A model generated the notes under the pieces. That model made no database searches. It had not been told where the DNA came from and saw only the letters and a program-made list of their open reading frames with translations. The translations under genes and the position numbers were made by a program. From Aureliella sp. (GTDB taxonomy: Bacteria > Planctomycetota > Planctomycetia > Pirellulales > Pirellulaceae), in NCBI GenBank assembly GCA_963691875.1, contig OY829846.1, positions 1,248,001-1,312,000 of the forward strand: a stretch of 64,000 nt of DNA. The letters run 5' to 3'. Positions 42,663-52,365 of the stretch are shown here, piece by piece. Numbering within the stretch: the first letter of the stretch is position 1; every line of letters begins with the position of its first letter.

Positions 42663-43112
42663 CTAGCACTCTTCTCCAAGGCTGGGTCCGCCAAATTCTC
42701 CCGCCTCTGACCAGTCATCTTCTTGCTGGGAGCTCTCAACGGCAGCAAGCAGAAGTTGTGGAATCAATTCTAAACACGTAGGCGACTCCACCAAGTTGCC
42801 CTGGGTTCGCTCGAGAATTTCGTTAGCCGCTGATCCTTCCCACCGCTTTCCTTCGAGCTCTCCGGAAAGAAAAGAGGCAAAGCCTTCGCAATAGACGCAA
42901 CCTTGACCATCCCACCAAATTTCCTGCAAAATGTTTTCCGCGGCTGGAGAGTCCTCGTCGGAAAGCTTACCAACCTCTAACAAGCAGAGCTCGAAACGGA
43001 TTTGGCAGCCCGTTTCCTCACAGGCCGCCTCCGCGGCATGCGTAGCGTTTTCGCAGTCGCCGCGATGATAAGGCTCTTCGTAATGTTCTTGTAGGACAGC
43101 CAAACTCGTCAC
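42663..43112 (-). CDS. SufU/NifU-N-like scaffold protein, divergent
   Basis: HYEEPYHRG, WDGQGC...ASFL...EGK, late Cys; directly upstream of sufS. Confidence 0.7.
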   Translation of the reverse strand: MTSLAVLQEHYEEPYHRGDCENATHAAEAACEETGCQIRFELCLLEVGKLSDEDSPAAENILQEIWWDGQGCVYCEGFASFLSGELEGKRWEGSAANEILERTQGNLVESPTCLELIPQLLLAAVESSQQEDDWSEAGEFGGPSLGEEC

Positions 43113-43450
43113 GTCAGCTCTCAGTTCCAGTAGTGAAACGGTTTCAAGGTTGATAGGACTTGGTCTCGTGAATGTCGATAATCAGTTCCCAGTCGTGACA
43201 TTCGGCGAGCCAGATTCCCCAACATTGTAGGAATCCGGCATCAACGCGGCAGGAGGCTGACTGACAGTTTCGTCCTTCTCTTGGCAGGCAGGCAAAAAGC
43301 TCCGAGGATCCGGGAGACGGAACTTCCTGCATTTGGGTTTCGAAACTGCTAAAATGATATCCTCCTCTTTATTCTTTTCTTGTTGCAAGCCCAAGCTTCG
43401 CTGCTTCCAGCGAGTGTGCGTCGCTTGCGCTCCTAGGGAGAACGGCCGAA

Positions 43451-43720
43451 ATGGCGCAAGCAATCGTAGATCCCGAGCAGCTAAGACAATTCGCGGCCAT
43501 GCTGAAGCGATATGGCCAGCAGGTCCGTGAGTCCACTTCGTCTCTCACTCAAGCACAAGCCCGTTTGGCTGAAAGCTGGCGTGACCAAGAGCATCGAAAG
43601 TTCTCCGAAGAGTTTGAAGAGCAGGTGAAGATGGTAAATCGCCTGCTGGAGTCGACCGAACAACATGTCCCCTATCTGCTCAAGAAAGCGGAGATAATTG
43701 AACAGTACATGGAGCGTTAG
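43451..43720 (+). CDS. WXG100/ESAT-6-like protein (W-R-D variant)
   Basis: 89 aa helical, VDPEQLRQFA N-terminus, central SWRDQEHRKF, ends IIEQY. Confidence 0.85.
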   Translation: MAQAIVDPEQLRQFAAMLKRYGQQVRESTSSLTQAQARLAESWRDQEHRKFSEEFEEQVKMVNRLLESTEQHVPYLLKKAEIIEQYMER

Positions 43721-43873
43721 GCTCTGTTGATCAGTTGCGTGCGGCACGGCGTGACCGCCTTCGGCGTTCGCTCGATTTCCCGATAGTTGTCGACGTAAGT
43801 TTTGTGAACGCAATCCACGCTCGCATTGGATTTCCATCCGGATGCAAACAAGGTTCATTTTTCTGGTGATACA

Positions 43874-44473
43874 ATGGCCGCGGATCAAGCTGATGTTCGC
43901 TCAGTAGAACAACTCGATCATTTCCTCGAGCACACGAAGCGTTACCGAACGCAGTTGCTCAAGGAGCTTGAAAATCTTGAAGTTGAGATTCGTCGGCTGT
44001 CCAATTGGATTCAACGAGAAGCTCCAAACTACTGGAACGAAGAGTTACGTCGAGCAAGACACGCTTACATCGAGGCACAAGAGGCGCTGTCGCGTTGCAT
44101 GTCCTATGTGCGACAGGATGAACGGCGTCCTTGCACGGAGCAAAAAAAGAGAGTCCGAGTCACAAAAGACCGTCGGGACCTCTGTGAAGAAAGATTGCGC
44201 ACCGCTCGCGGAGCCGCTGGAGCCTGGGAGAGAGAAATCCAGAAGAACCAGGGAAAATTTCAACGTGTCCGCGATATGGCAGATGCCGATCTGCTGGTTG
44301 CTGTTGGCCAGCTTACCCAACAACTGGAGACGCTAGTCGAGTATGCAGGACTGCGCTCCGCGGGTTTGAAATCACTGACGTCATCAAGTGGCCAGGACGC
44401 TGCCACGACTTCAGCCGATACGGATGTTGCGCAGGGCGAAGATGGGGGAAGCGATGCGACGCATGAGTCATGA
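43874..44473 (+). CDS. Helical protein of the WXG100/FtsK cluster
   Basis: Coiled coil with W residues and a Cys pair (C..RRPC); overlaps the next gene. Confidence 0.7.
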   Translation: MAADQADVRSVEQLDHFLEHTKRYRTQLLKELENLEVEIRRLSNWIQREAPNYWNEELRRARHAYIEAQEALSRCMSYVRQDERRPCTEQKKRVRVTKDRRDLCEERLRTARGAAGAWEREIQKNQGKFQRVRDMADADLLVAVGQLTQQLETLVEYAGLRSAGLKSLTSSSGQDAATTSADTDVAQGEDGGSDATHES

Positions 44474-44696
44474 TGTGCCCGGCGTGGCGCAACGAATCAA
44501 CAAACTCACTGCGGAGATCGAAGAATCTGCGCAGGAGACAGCAGAGGTCTGGACGGATGATAAAGGCCGGCAGTTCATCCAAAAGCACTTTGCAGAAATC
44601 CGGCCCAGCATCGCATCTTTGACCACGAGCCTGGCTGCGACAATTGAACTATTTGAAGAAATAGCCAAACGACTTCGAGACCCTGATAACCCGTAA
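44454..44696 (+). CDS. Second WXG100-like protein (W-T-D variant)
   Basis: ~80 aa helical with EVWTDDKGRQF. Confidence 0.65.
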   Translation: MRRMSHDVPGVAQRINKLTAEIEESAQETAEVWTDDKGRQFIQKHFAEIRPSIASLTTSLAATIELFEEIAKRLRDPDNP

Positions 44697-44777
44697 CGGG
44701 AAATAAGTGCCAAGAAGCATCGCCCTGGCATCATGAAGAACCACTACTCCTTTTGCTCTAATCTGATCGGAGCCGAC

Positions 44778-47700
44778 ATGATTGATTCCACACCCAAACC
44801 ACTTCCGCAGCGTCGTCTCGGACAATTGGTTTCCGGTTTGCGGACGCGAATGAGCGGTGGTTTGCAGGAAACAGCAGCTCAGATGCAAAAACTAGAAAAA
44901 GAGATTGAAGAGTACGCTGCCCGCTGCGCACAGGAAGAAGAGCGACTTGAGTCGCAATACGCGGTGCAGAAAGATGTGACCGTAACGGACTGGGATGACC
45001 AGGTCCACCGGTGCTGGGATGAAGCGGAGCTAGCAACCTACAAGGCGATTTACGACACTGCTGAGAAGGAAAAAACACTTAAGGCAGAGGCACAAACCAA
45101 AGTTGAGCAAACGACGGCAGAAGCGCAGAAGAAGATCAATGAAATTGACCTCAAGTTTCGCAAGTTAAACGAAGCACCGATTCAGCGACTGCGAAAGTTC
45201 CGAGAATCAAATAATTCCGTGAACCACAGACTTGCAGCGATCGAAAACCAAACAGCATCGATCCTAACAAAACGAAGCCTCCGGCTCCCGCAGAGAGACG
45301 AGCTGGAAGGCCAAAGCTTCGTGGAGACTTTGCAAACTTCCAAAGAGGCTGGTGAAGAACTGAATCAAGTGCTTTCAGCCGCCAAACAACAGGCAGATCG
45401 GATCACGAATAATCGACTTGCACGATTTGTCGACACCACCTACTTCTGGGTTTTCAGTGCAATATTTTTTGTCATTGCAACTGCCGTTCTGACAGCGACA
45501 AAAACGCAGCAATTGCTCAACGCCGCGATGTCCGGTGCTGGCGCAACTTTTGTTTTCATCATCATTGGATACTTGGGCGTTCGGCCCTTATTAAAACGCT
45601 CGGCTCGTCGCGAGTATCCCAAGCTCTTGGCCATCCTCGACAAGGGCGAGCAAGTACACGCTCGTGGCGACCACCTCGCCGACAAAGAGAACGAAGAGGA
45701 GCTATCGGCACTAGCTGAAAAGCGCGATAAACAATTCGCCAAGGTGCAGGCTTGGCGGGATGAAAAGGTCGACTCGCTCAGAAGGGATCACAAGCAAAAA
45801 CTAAAAGAGATCCGCAAGCGAGCCAAGGAAATTAAGTACCAAGCACGTGAGCAGCTAATCTCCTCGCTCGACGATACAAAGACTCAATTCAATCAGCGAA
45901 TTAATAACGAGGCTACCACAAACAGCGATTCTATGGCAGCCAATCGGCATGAAACGCAAGCTGCCCAAGATCGCCTACGCGAGACGATTCAAGAGATTGA
46001 CCAGGGCGGAGCAGAGCGTCTGCGGATAGCGACACAGAAGGCCGTCGGATTGATTGACCGCAGCAAACGCTGGTGCGGCGAGCATTTCCCTGAATGGCAG
46101 GATTTTGCCGCCGACTCTGGGTTCTGGCCAAAAGGCTCGGACGAGCCACACATGCCTCTGGGAAATCTAATGGTCCCGCAGGCCCTGCCCAATGCAGCAA
46201 AGCTCAATTTGCCTTTTGATCAACTTCAAGCACCCGTACTGTTCTCACCGCTCGATGATAAGTACTTGGTGATTCATGGTAAAGCTTCCGATCCTGCCGT
46301 GCGCAAGCTAGTCAGAAGTGTTTTGCTAAGAGCACTTACCACTTTGCCAGCCGGGAGGACGCAATCCTGCGTTGTGGATCCACCGGGTCTCGGGCAAGAC
46401 TTCGGATGGCTCATGCACCTTGGCGATTTCGACGCGACACTAGTAACCCACCGGGTATGGACACAGTCCGCGCATATCGGCAAGCAGCTGAACACGCTGG
46501 CAATGAACGCAGAAGACTTCATCCAGCAATCGTTACGGAACGAGTATCAAAATATTGTAGAATACAACCGAGATGCTGGAGCATTGGCGGAACCATTTCG
46601 ATTTTTGGTTTGGTCAAGCATGCCCAACGGGCTAGACGACCATAGCTGGAAGAGCATGAAAAGCTTGCTTGACTCCGGTGCGCGGTGCGGCATCATTCCA
46701 ATCCTGATTGTCGATCCAGAGGAAAGTTGGCCTTACTCGAACCAACAGTCCACCGTGAATCGCGGTGGCTTGCATCTGAAACCCGGGAAAAAATCACGTT
46801 TCCTAGTCGTCGGTGGAGCTGGAGACGAGGATTTGGAGATCGAGCCGCTTGAGTCGCCTGAAGACGAGCTTTCGCAAGAGATTGTGCAGAACCTTGGTCG
46901 GCGCTCTTTGCTTTCCAATCGAGTCGAGGTTCCGCTGGGGCAAATGTTGCCAGAGAAATCCGATCGCTGGCAAGCGGATAGCTCACCAAACCTGAAAATC
47001 CCCATTGGACAAAGTGGGGTTGGCCGGACGCACAGTCTCAAGCTCGGCATGGGAACGGCACAGCATGCAATTATTGCGGGCAAGACGGGTTCTGGTAAAT
47101 CAAGCTTGCTCCACGCATTAATCACCAGCGCGATGATGAAGTACTCGCCCGAAGCATTGAGGCTAGTGCTGCTTGACTTCAAGAAAGGAGTTGAGTTCCA
47201 AGTCTACTCTGACGCCCAGGTTCCTCATGCAGACATCATCGGGATCGAGAGTCATCGCGAGTTTGGCTTGAGCGCACTGGAGTATGTTGATAGCTGCCTC
47301 CAACGACGCGGTGAAATGTTCCGAGGAGCCGGAGTGCAAGACATCGCCAGCTGGAATGCACTGCATCCAGATGGGATGATCCCGCGTATGCTAGTTGTGA
47401 TCGACGAGTTTCAAGAAATTTTCGTTGAGGACGACAAGCTCTCGGGACAGGCAAGTTTGATCTTGGATCGAATTGTTCGTCAAGGACGTTCTTTTGGCGT
47501 ACACGCAGTCTTGAGCAGTCAAACTTTGGCGGGTAGCTATTCGCTACCGCGTACAACTCTGGGGCAAATGGCGGTCCGAATCGCGCTGCAGTGTGATGCG
47601 GCAGACGCTCAAATCATCTTCTCCGATGACAACCCTGCTGCATCTCGCCTGAAGCATCCCGGACAAGCAGTCTACAACGATGCAGGTGGGCGAATCGAAG

Positions 47701-48662
47701 GCAATCAACCGATGCAGATTGGCTGGCTTCCCAAAAAAACACAGGTGCAATGGTTTAATGAGCAAGAAAAGGGGTATCGCAATCACGATGCTTCGACAAA
47801 CCGACTCGGCCGAACGGTAGTCTACGATGGTAACCGCGCCGCCACGTGGAGCGACGTCAACGCTGAACTAGCCTTGAAGCAAGCGTGCGAGGATGTAAAT
47901 CCAGACGCGATGTGGAGCGTCGCGGGAGAAAGCGTGGCGATCAACCCAGCAGTCGTCTACCCCTTGACGCGTCAATCGGGACGCAATGTTCTCATCGTGG
48001 GCGGTGATGATGCCCAAGCTGCTGCTGTGCAAGACGTTGCAGTCGCGTCCTTCGTTCGCGCGGCAGGTGCGAACGGGGCGCAAGTATTTGCGATTCAGGG
48101 CGCTAAGCCAACCGATTCGCGGTCTTTGGCGATGACGAAGAAATGGCCTGAACTGAATTGCGAACTCAAGATCGTGGACTCGCGCGATACGGACGATGTC
48201 GTACAGGAAGTGCATGAAATCGTTCAGGCGAGAACGTCTGGCAGTGACCAAGAGGCTGATTCACCTCCAGTATTATTTTCACTAATCCAAATCGGACGGC
48301 TCCGAACACTTCGCAAACAAGATGATTTCGCCAGCTTCGGCGAGTCCGAGTTGACGCCGGACAAGAAACTCGAAGAGATCTTGCGAGACGGACCTAGTGT
48401 TGGTGTTCACACGATGATTTGGGCGGAGAGCTACAGCACGGTTCAAAGATGGTTGTCTAGATTGAGTATGCGTGAAATTGAAATCAGGCTACTCATGCAA
48501 ATGAGCGCGAACGATTCGACAAACCTAGTGGACTCGATCGCCGCTTCTCGTCTAGGAGATCACGTGATGTTGCTGTTCGACGAAGCCACAGGACAAGAAC
48601 AGCGCTTCCGGCCATTTCACTGCGAATCGCTATCGGGGCTAACCAAGTGGTCAGCAAAGTGA
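44778..48662 (+). CDS. FtsK/SpoIIIE-family ATPase, EssC/EccC-like, membrane anchored
   Basis: N-terminal coiled coils, two TMs, Walker A AGKTGSGKS, LLDFKKG, Walker B VVIDEFQ, RQGRSFGVH..LSSQ; RBS GGAG before ATG 44778. Confidence 0.9.
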   Translation: MIDSTPKPLPQRRLGQLVSGLRTRMSGGLQETAAQMQKLEKEIEEYAARCAQEEERLESQYAVQKDVTVTDWDDQVHRCWDEAELATYKAIYDTAEKEKTLKAEAQTKVEQTTAEAQKKINEIDLKFRKLNEAPIQRLRKFRESNNSVNHRLAAIENQTASILTKRSLRLPQRDELEGQSFVETLQTSKEAGEELNQVLSAAKQQADRITNNRLARFVDTTYFWVFSAIFFVIATAVLTATKTQQLLNAAMSGAGATFVFIIIGYLGVRPLLKRSARREYPKLLAILDKGEQVHARGDHLADKENEEELSALAEKRDKQFAKVQAWRDEKVDSLRRDHKQKLKEIRKRAKEIKYQAREQLISSLDDTKTQFNQRINNEATTNSDSMAANRHETQAAQDRLRETIQEIDQGGAERLRIATQKAVGLIDRSKRWCGEHFPEWQDFAADSGFWPKGSDEPHMPLGNLMVPQALPNAAKLNLPFDQLQAPVLFSPLDDKYLVIHGKASDPAVRKLVRSVLLRALTTLPAGRTQSCVVDPPGLGQDFGWLMHLGDFDATLVTHRVWTQSAHIGKQLNTLAMNAEDFIQQSLRNEYQNIVEYNRDAGALAEPFRFLVWSSMPNGLDDHSWKSMKSLLDSGARCGIIPILIVDPEESWPYSNQQSTVNRGGLHLKPGKKSRFLVVGGAGDEDLEIEPLESPEDELSQEIVQNLGRRSLLSNRVEVPLGQMLPEKSDRWQADSSPNLKIPIGQSGVGRTHSLKLGMGTAQHAIIAGKTGSGKSSLLHALITSAMMKYSPEALRLVLLDFKKGVEFQVYSDAQVPHADIIGIESHREFGLSALEYVDSCLQRRGEMFRGAGVQDIASWNALHPDGMIPRMLVVIDEFQEIFVEDDKLSGQASLILDRIVRQGRSFGVHAVLSSQTLAGSYSLPRTTLGQMAVRIALQCDAADAQIIFSDDNPAASRLKHPGQAVYNDAGGRIEGNQPMQIGWLPKKTQVQWFNEQEKGYRNHDASTNRLGRTVVYDGNRAATWSDVNAELALKQACEDVNPDAMWSVAGESVAINPAVVYPLTRQSGRNVLIVGGDDAQAAAVQDVAVASFVRAAGANGAQVFAIQGAKPTDSRSLAMTKKWPELNCELKIVDSRDTDDVVQEVHEIVQARTSGSDQEADSPPVLFSLIQIGRLRTLRKQDDFASFGESELTPDKKLEEILRDGPSVGVHTMIWAESYSTVQRWLSRLSMREIEIRLLMQMSANDSTNLVDSIAASRLGDHVMLLFDEATGQEQRFRPFHCESLSGLTKWSAK

Positions 48663-48812
48663 TCGGCTCTTGATAACTCACACGCGGGGGCAATTTGCTT
48701 GAATTAGCACTGATACCAACAAGCATTGAATTGAGCAAACGCCATTTTTGACGACCTGCCTGATCGGCCAGGGATGGAACGATGACTGAGACTGGCCGCA
48801 TCGGTTCCATCA

Positions 48813-49193
48813 GTGACGGTGGTAGCTAGCCCAGCATCGAATTTCTCTCTTAGTTCAGCTTCGTACGGACGGCCTGTCCAAGTCGCCCCCGTCAGCTACG
48901 GAGAAAGTGACGCAACCTGCTCGGAGGACTGTAATGACGAAGCGGTCACGCTTGCTCTAGCCGAAAATCTTCTCGCGACGGCCGAACGGAATCTCGACGA
49001 GACACAGGTGGCGTATGACGCCAATCCCACCGAAGAGAATATCGCTGCACTTGCCCTCGCTGAAGTCGAGCACGGAACGGCTGTGAATCAATACAATCAA
49101 GCACGGCAAAACTATCGAGATGGCGCTTTGGAAAACGCAGGTTCTATCCTGGAACACGCCGAGTCGGCCATGGCCTCTCTCGCAAGGGGCTGA
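48813..49193 (+). CDS. Hypothetical helical protein, homolog of 53881-54222
   Basis: Shares DC..E, YxANPTxEN, YxDxxLE and SIL motifs with 53881-54222; N-terminus appears eroded. Confidence 0.6.
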   Translation: MTVVASPASNFSLSSASYGRPVQVAPVSYGESDATCSEDCNDEAVTLALAENLLATAERNLDETQVAYDANPTEENIAALALAEVEHGTAVNQYNQARQNYRDGALENAGSILEHAESAMASLARG

Positions 49194-49303
49194 AACGCGC
49201 ATTCAAGATGTCAGCTGCCCCGCCAGGCATCGCTACTGCATCTCCTCTTGCGACATTTGGGGCTTGGTGTATCCTTTGAAAACTGAGGAGTGGTTGATCT
49301 GCC

Positions 49304-49332
49304 TAGACCAATACCACACCGCATTTTACGGT
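49304..49332 (+). promoter_or_regulatory. Putative sigma70 promoter upstream of the tRNA-Leu 5' fragment
   Basis: TAGACC-17 bp-TACGGT, 18 bp upstream of the tRNA-like sequence. Confidence 0.45.
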
Positions 49333-49345
49333 TAAGGACTTCTCT

Positions 49346-49395
49346 CACCTGCCCAGGTGGCGGAATTGGCAGACGCGCAACGTTGAGGTCGTTGT
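49346..49395 (+). repeat. Left att site: 50-bp direct repeat containing the 5' half of tRNA-Leu(GAG)
   Basis: Identical to 54634-54683 (CACCTGCCCAGG...GAGGTCGTTGT); no T-arm or 3' acceptor strand follows. Confidence 0.95.
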
Positions 49396-49522
49396 CGCTG
49401 GCATGCAAAAGCCCTGTAAAATCATGGGTTTCTCTTCTTGTGGTTCCGATAAGTTCTCCGGTGTTTGAGCTTCCGATGAAGCTATCTTTCCCCACAACTC
49501 TTGTTGTTGCACTGGAGATTAC

Positions 49523-50092
49523 ATGCCTCGGACTCCGTCACTTCGCTATCGTGCTGATCGCGACTACTACTTCTGCGAGATAAACGGTCAGCGTACAAAG
49601 CTCGGAAGCAACAAGAAGTTAGCCGAGACAAAACTAAAGGGTATGCTGGAGGAAAACTCTCTAAAGAACCTGAAGAGGAAAATCGAGCAAAACAGGAGGG
49701 AAGAGGATAGGCAACAGGAGATAAAAACCGGTAAGAGACCATTCAGAAAAACAATACAGGAGACGGTAGAACTTTGTGCGGACAAGCTAGAAGAGCAGGG
49801 GCATGTTGTCTTTTGCACTTCACCTTCTGCCGATGCGAAATGCCCGAGCGAGAAAGTTGTTTGGCTACGGAATCAAGGATTCCTTGGGCCGATGGCTACA
49901 AACTATCAGATCGGACCTATGAAAGAGCTGAACGCAGGCTCAGGTGCGATCCTTATCGACGACTCCGATAGCAACGTGCAAAAGTTCCGCGATGCAGGTG
50001 GGACCGCTGTTCTGTTCCCACAACCTTGGAATGAGAACCGTGATAAGCGAGAGCGTCTTGAATATGTCTTAGAAGAGATAAAGCATTGCTAA
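49523..50092 (+). pseudogene. Chimera of a tyrosine-integrase N-terminal arm-binding segment and the C-terminal part of a HAD 5'(3')-nucleotidase
   Basis: MPRTPSLRYRADRDYYFCEINGQRTKLG..KKLAE N-terminus; VFCTSP..K..WL, ILIDDS..N..F..AGG...PWN C-terminus; no integrase catalytic domain and no HAD DxD motif I. Confidence 0.65.
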
Positions 50093-50853
50093 GAACACTG
50101 ATATATGACATCGAAACATCGCCGAACCTCATCTGGGCTTGGCAGCTTTGGAACACCAATGCCTTGAAGGTCGAGCAGACACCTTACATGCTCTCTTTCG
50201 CCTACAAGTGGTTGGACGAGAAGAAGACAGAGGTGTTAGCCTTGCCGGACTACGAAGGCTACGAAGATGATCCAATGGATGACTCGGGGCTGTGCGGTGA
50301 TCTGTATGAGCTGTTCAATGAGGCAGATGTAGTCATTGCCCACAACGGCAATAAATTTGATCAACGGTTCGCAAAGGGGCGATTCCTTGAACACGGATGG
50401 TCGCCCCCTGCCCCCTACATTGAGATTGATACACTCAAGATCGCTCGACGTGAATTCAAGTTCCAATCTAATAAGCTGGATTCACTTGGTGAGTATTTGG
50501 GCGTAGGGCGTAAGGTCGAGCATGAAGGTGCAAGTCTGTGGTTCAAGTGTATGGCAGGTGACCTGAAGGCATGGTCAAAGATGAAGAAGTACAACCTTCA
50601 AGACGTTGACTTGCTTGAAGCGGTCTATCTCAAACTACGACCTTGGATTCGCAACCACCCGAACATGAACAAATCCATGAGCGGAGTGAAGTGTGGCAGA
50701 TGTGGCAGTGTTCATCTAAATCGCCGTGGTACTCGACGCACCGGGCGATACGAGTACCAACGCTATCAGTGCCAGTCCTGCGGCGGGTGGCTGCAAGAGC
50801 GAGTTCGCTCCGATACCACCAACGTTCCCGATTTCGTCGCGATGGGGGCATAA
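50086..50853 (+). CDS. Phage-type RNase H-like/DnaQ (DEDDy) exonuclease with C-terminal Zn ribbon
   Basis: YDIET, AHNGNKFD, IDTLK, YNLQDV; CGRC...CQSC. Confidence 0.85.
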   Translation: MLRTLIYDIETSPNLIWAWQLWNTNALKVEQTPYMLSFAYKWLDEKKTEVLALPDYEGYEDDPMDDSGLCGDLYELFNEADVVIAHNGNKFDQRFAKGRFLEHGWSPPAPYIEIDTLKIARREFKFQSNKLDSLGEYLGVGRKVEHEGASLWFKCMAGDLKAWSKMKKYNLQDVDLLEAVYLKLRPWIRNHPNMNKSMSGVKCGRCGSVHLNRRGTRRTGRYEYQRYQCQSCGGWLQERVRSDTTNVPDFVAMGA

Positions 50854-51156
50854 TCGCGTGACAAAAGTGCGAATAAGACAACTAGCTTTGGAAGCAAATT
50901 CACGGTTCATGAAGTTGAGCGAGAGGGTTGATTGGTGAACGCTATCTGCCTGTCCGGTAAAGAGCTGGAAAGTGTGTACTTGCAGCTCGCGAAGAAGAAA
51001 AAGAAGAAGCCCAAGTTCCGAGGCTTGAGCATCGTGGTGATTTGTTGTTTGGTTGTTTGGTTCGTTATGGGGATGAGCTAATGTGTACGTCCATTATCTA
51101 CATCTTGAATGCCGGGGGCGTTCTGTTTCGTATCGCTGACAATATGACCCTTTCTT

Positions 51157-51432
51157 TTGCTTATGATTATTGGTGCGACAATCACAGCAGTAATTTCCCC
51201 AATAGGAAGAAGAATGCGACACGGACGGCGAAGGAATCAGGCGAAGCCTAAAGACCCAATAGGCTCTATGCAGGCGAGGCTTGCAGATCACTACGGTGTA
51301 TCGGTCAATGACGTTCGATACACCGAAACGCACGAACCACGCGAAGATGGTTCTAAAGAAATCGCATCCGCGTGGGAGATCCGCAAAGATGGTAAGTGGC
51401 GGAAACTTCCGTGGACGGAAATCATGTTCTAA
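51157..51432 (+). CDS. Hypothetical protein (element)
   Basis: Short ORF with hydrophobic N-terminus; no recognisable family. Confidence 0.4.
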   Translation: MLMIIGATITAVISPIGRRMRHGRRRNQAKPKDPIGSMQARLADHYGVSVNDVRYTETHEPREDGSKEIASAWEIRKDGKWRKLPWTEIMF

Positions 51433-51550
51433 GGGAGAAAAAGAGTGGAACGGGGAGAAGATGCCCGTTTTTGACGTTTATTCGTATTTTTTGAAATATA
51501 TGGTTTGCAACTATTTTTCTGCAAATCATATTCGATTTAGAACCTAAGTA

Positions 51551-52297
51551 ATGGAGCAGGGCAAGCAAGTGATAAGAAAAGTCCGCAGTATTTACTCAAT
51601 TATGTTTTCCTGCCTTGTGTTGGTTATTGGCAGTGCTGAGGTGTCTAGTGCTGGCATTCTAACTTACACCTTCACCACAACTGGCACACACTCCGGCTCC
51701 CTCGGTAGTGGCAGTTTTTCTAACGCTACGATTTCATTTTCGGGCAGCATTAACTCGACACAGGTAAACTCTGGATCAGTAAACTTCTTCGACGGAACTA
51801 CGTTCCTGTTGAAATCCTCGCCAGTTTTGACAACAGTTGACGTGACCATCGACGACCCAAATAATGGACTTATAACTACCTCGCTGGTCGCAGATACAGG
51901 GAACAACTGGGCCGTTTTTGTCGCTGATTATCAGAATTACCTTGGGATTGGCGATGGAATAGGCTTTGGTCAATTTACCACTGCCGGCGAGATAAGCATC
52001 GGCTCCGTAAACATAGGCGGCGTCGTGCCTACCGGTGATTCGCAGGATATCTATGGCTCGTTCGCTGTCGCAGCTAGCTACTCACTCGATTATTCTAAGG
52101 TTTCGAGAACTTTTTCGACGACCTCTGGCTCCTTAGAGTTCACTGGCGATGCGACGCAGTCCGGCAGCATGAATTCGTCGGGTGGATCTGGAGGCGGCAC
52201 CGTCCCTGAGCCCAGCACCGCTTTCGCAATGAGCTTGCTCAGTCTAATTGGTTTCGCAGGCAATCGTTGCAGACGCCGCACTGCATTGAATGCCTAA
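51551..52297 (+). CDS. PEP-CTERM surface protein (cargo)
   Basis: Signal peptide ..SSAGIL, Ser/Thr/Gly-rich beta region, VPEPSTAFAMSLLSLIGFAG..RRR. Confidence 0.88.
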   Translation: MEQGKQVIRKVRSIYSIMFSCLVLVIGSAEVSSAGILTYTFTTTGTHSGSLGSGSFSNATISFSGSINSTQVNSGSVNFFDGTTFLLKSSPVLTTVDVTIDDPNNGLITTSLVADTGNNWAVFVADYQNYLGIGDGIGFGQFTTAGEISIGSVNIGGVVPTGDSQDIYGSFAVAASYSLDYSKVSRTFSTTSGSLEFTGDATQSGSMNSSGGSGGGTVPEPSTAFAMSLLSLIGFAGNRCRRRTALNA

Positions 52298-52328
52298 GCC
52301 AAGATCACATTTATCGCTAACAGCATAT

Positions 52329-52365
52329 AAGCCGTATCCCACTCCAGTTTGGGATGCGGCTTTTT
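52329..52365 (+). terminator. Rho-independent terminator
   Basis: AAGCCGTATCCCA / TGGGATGCGGCTT stem followed by a T run. Confidence 0.8.

Noticed and set aside
49351..49395. Second complete or split tRNA-Leu gene
   Set aside because: No T arm or 3' acceptor strand follows; better explained as an att repeat
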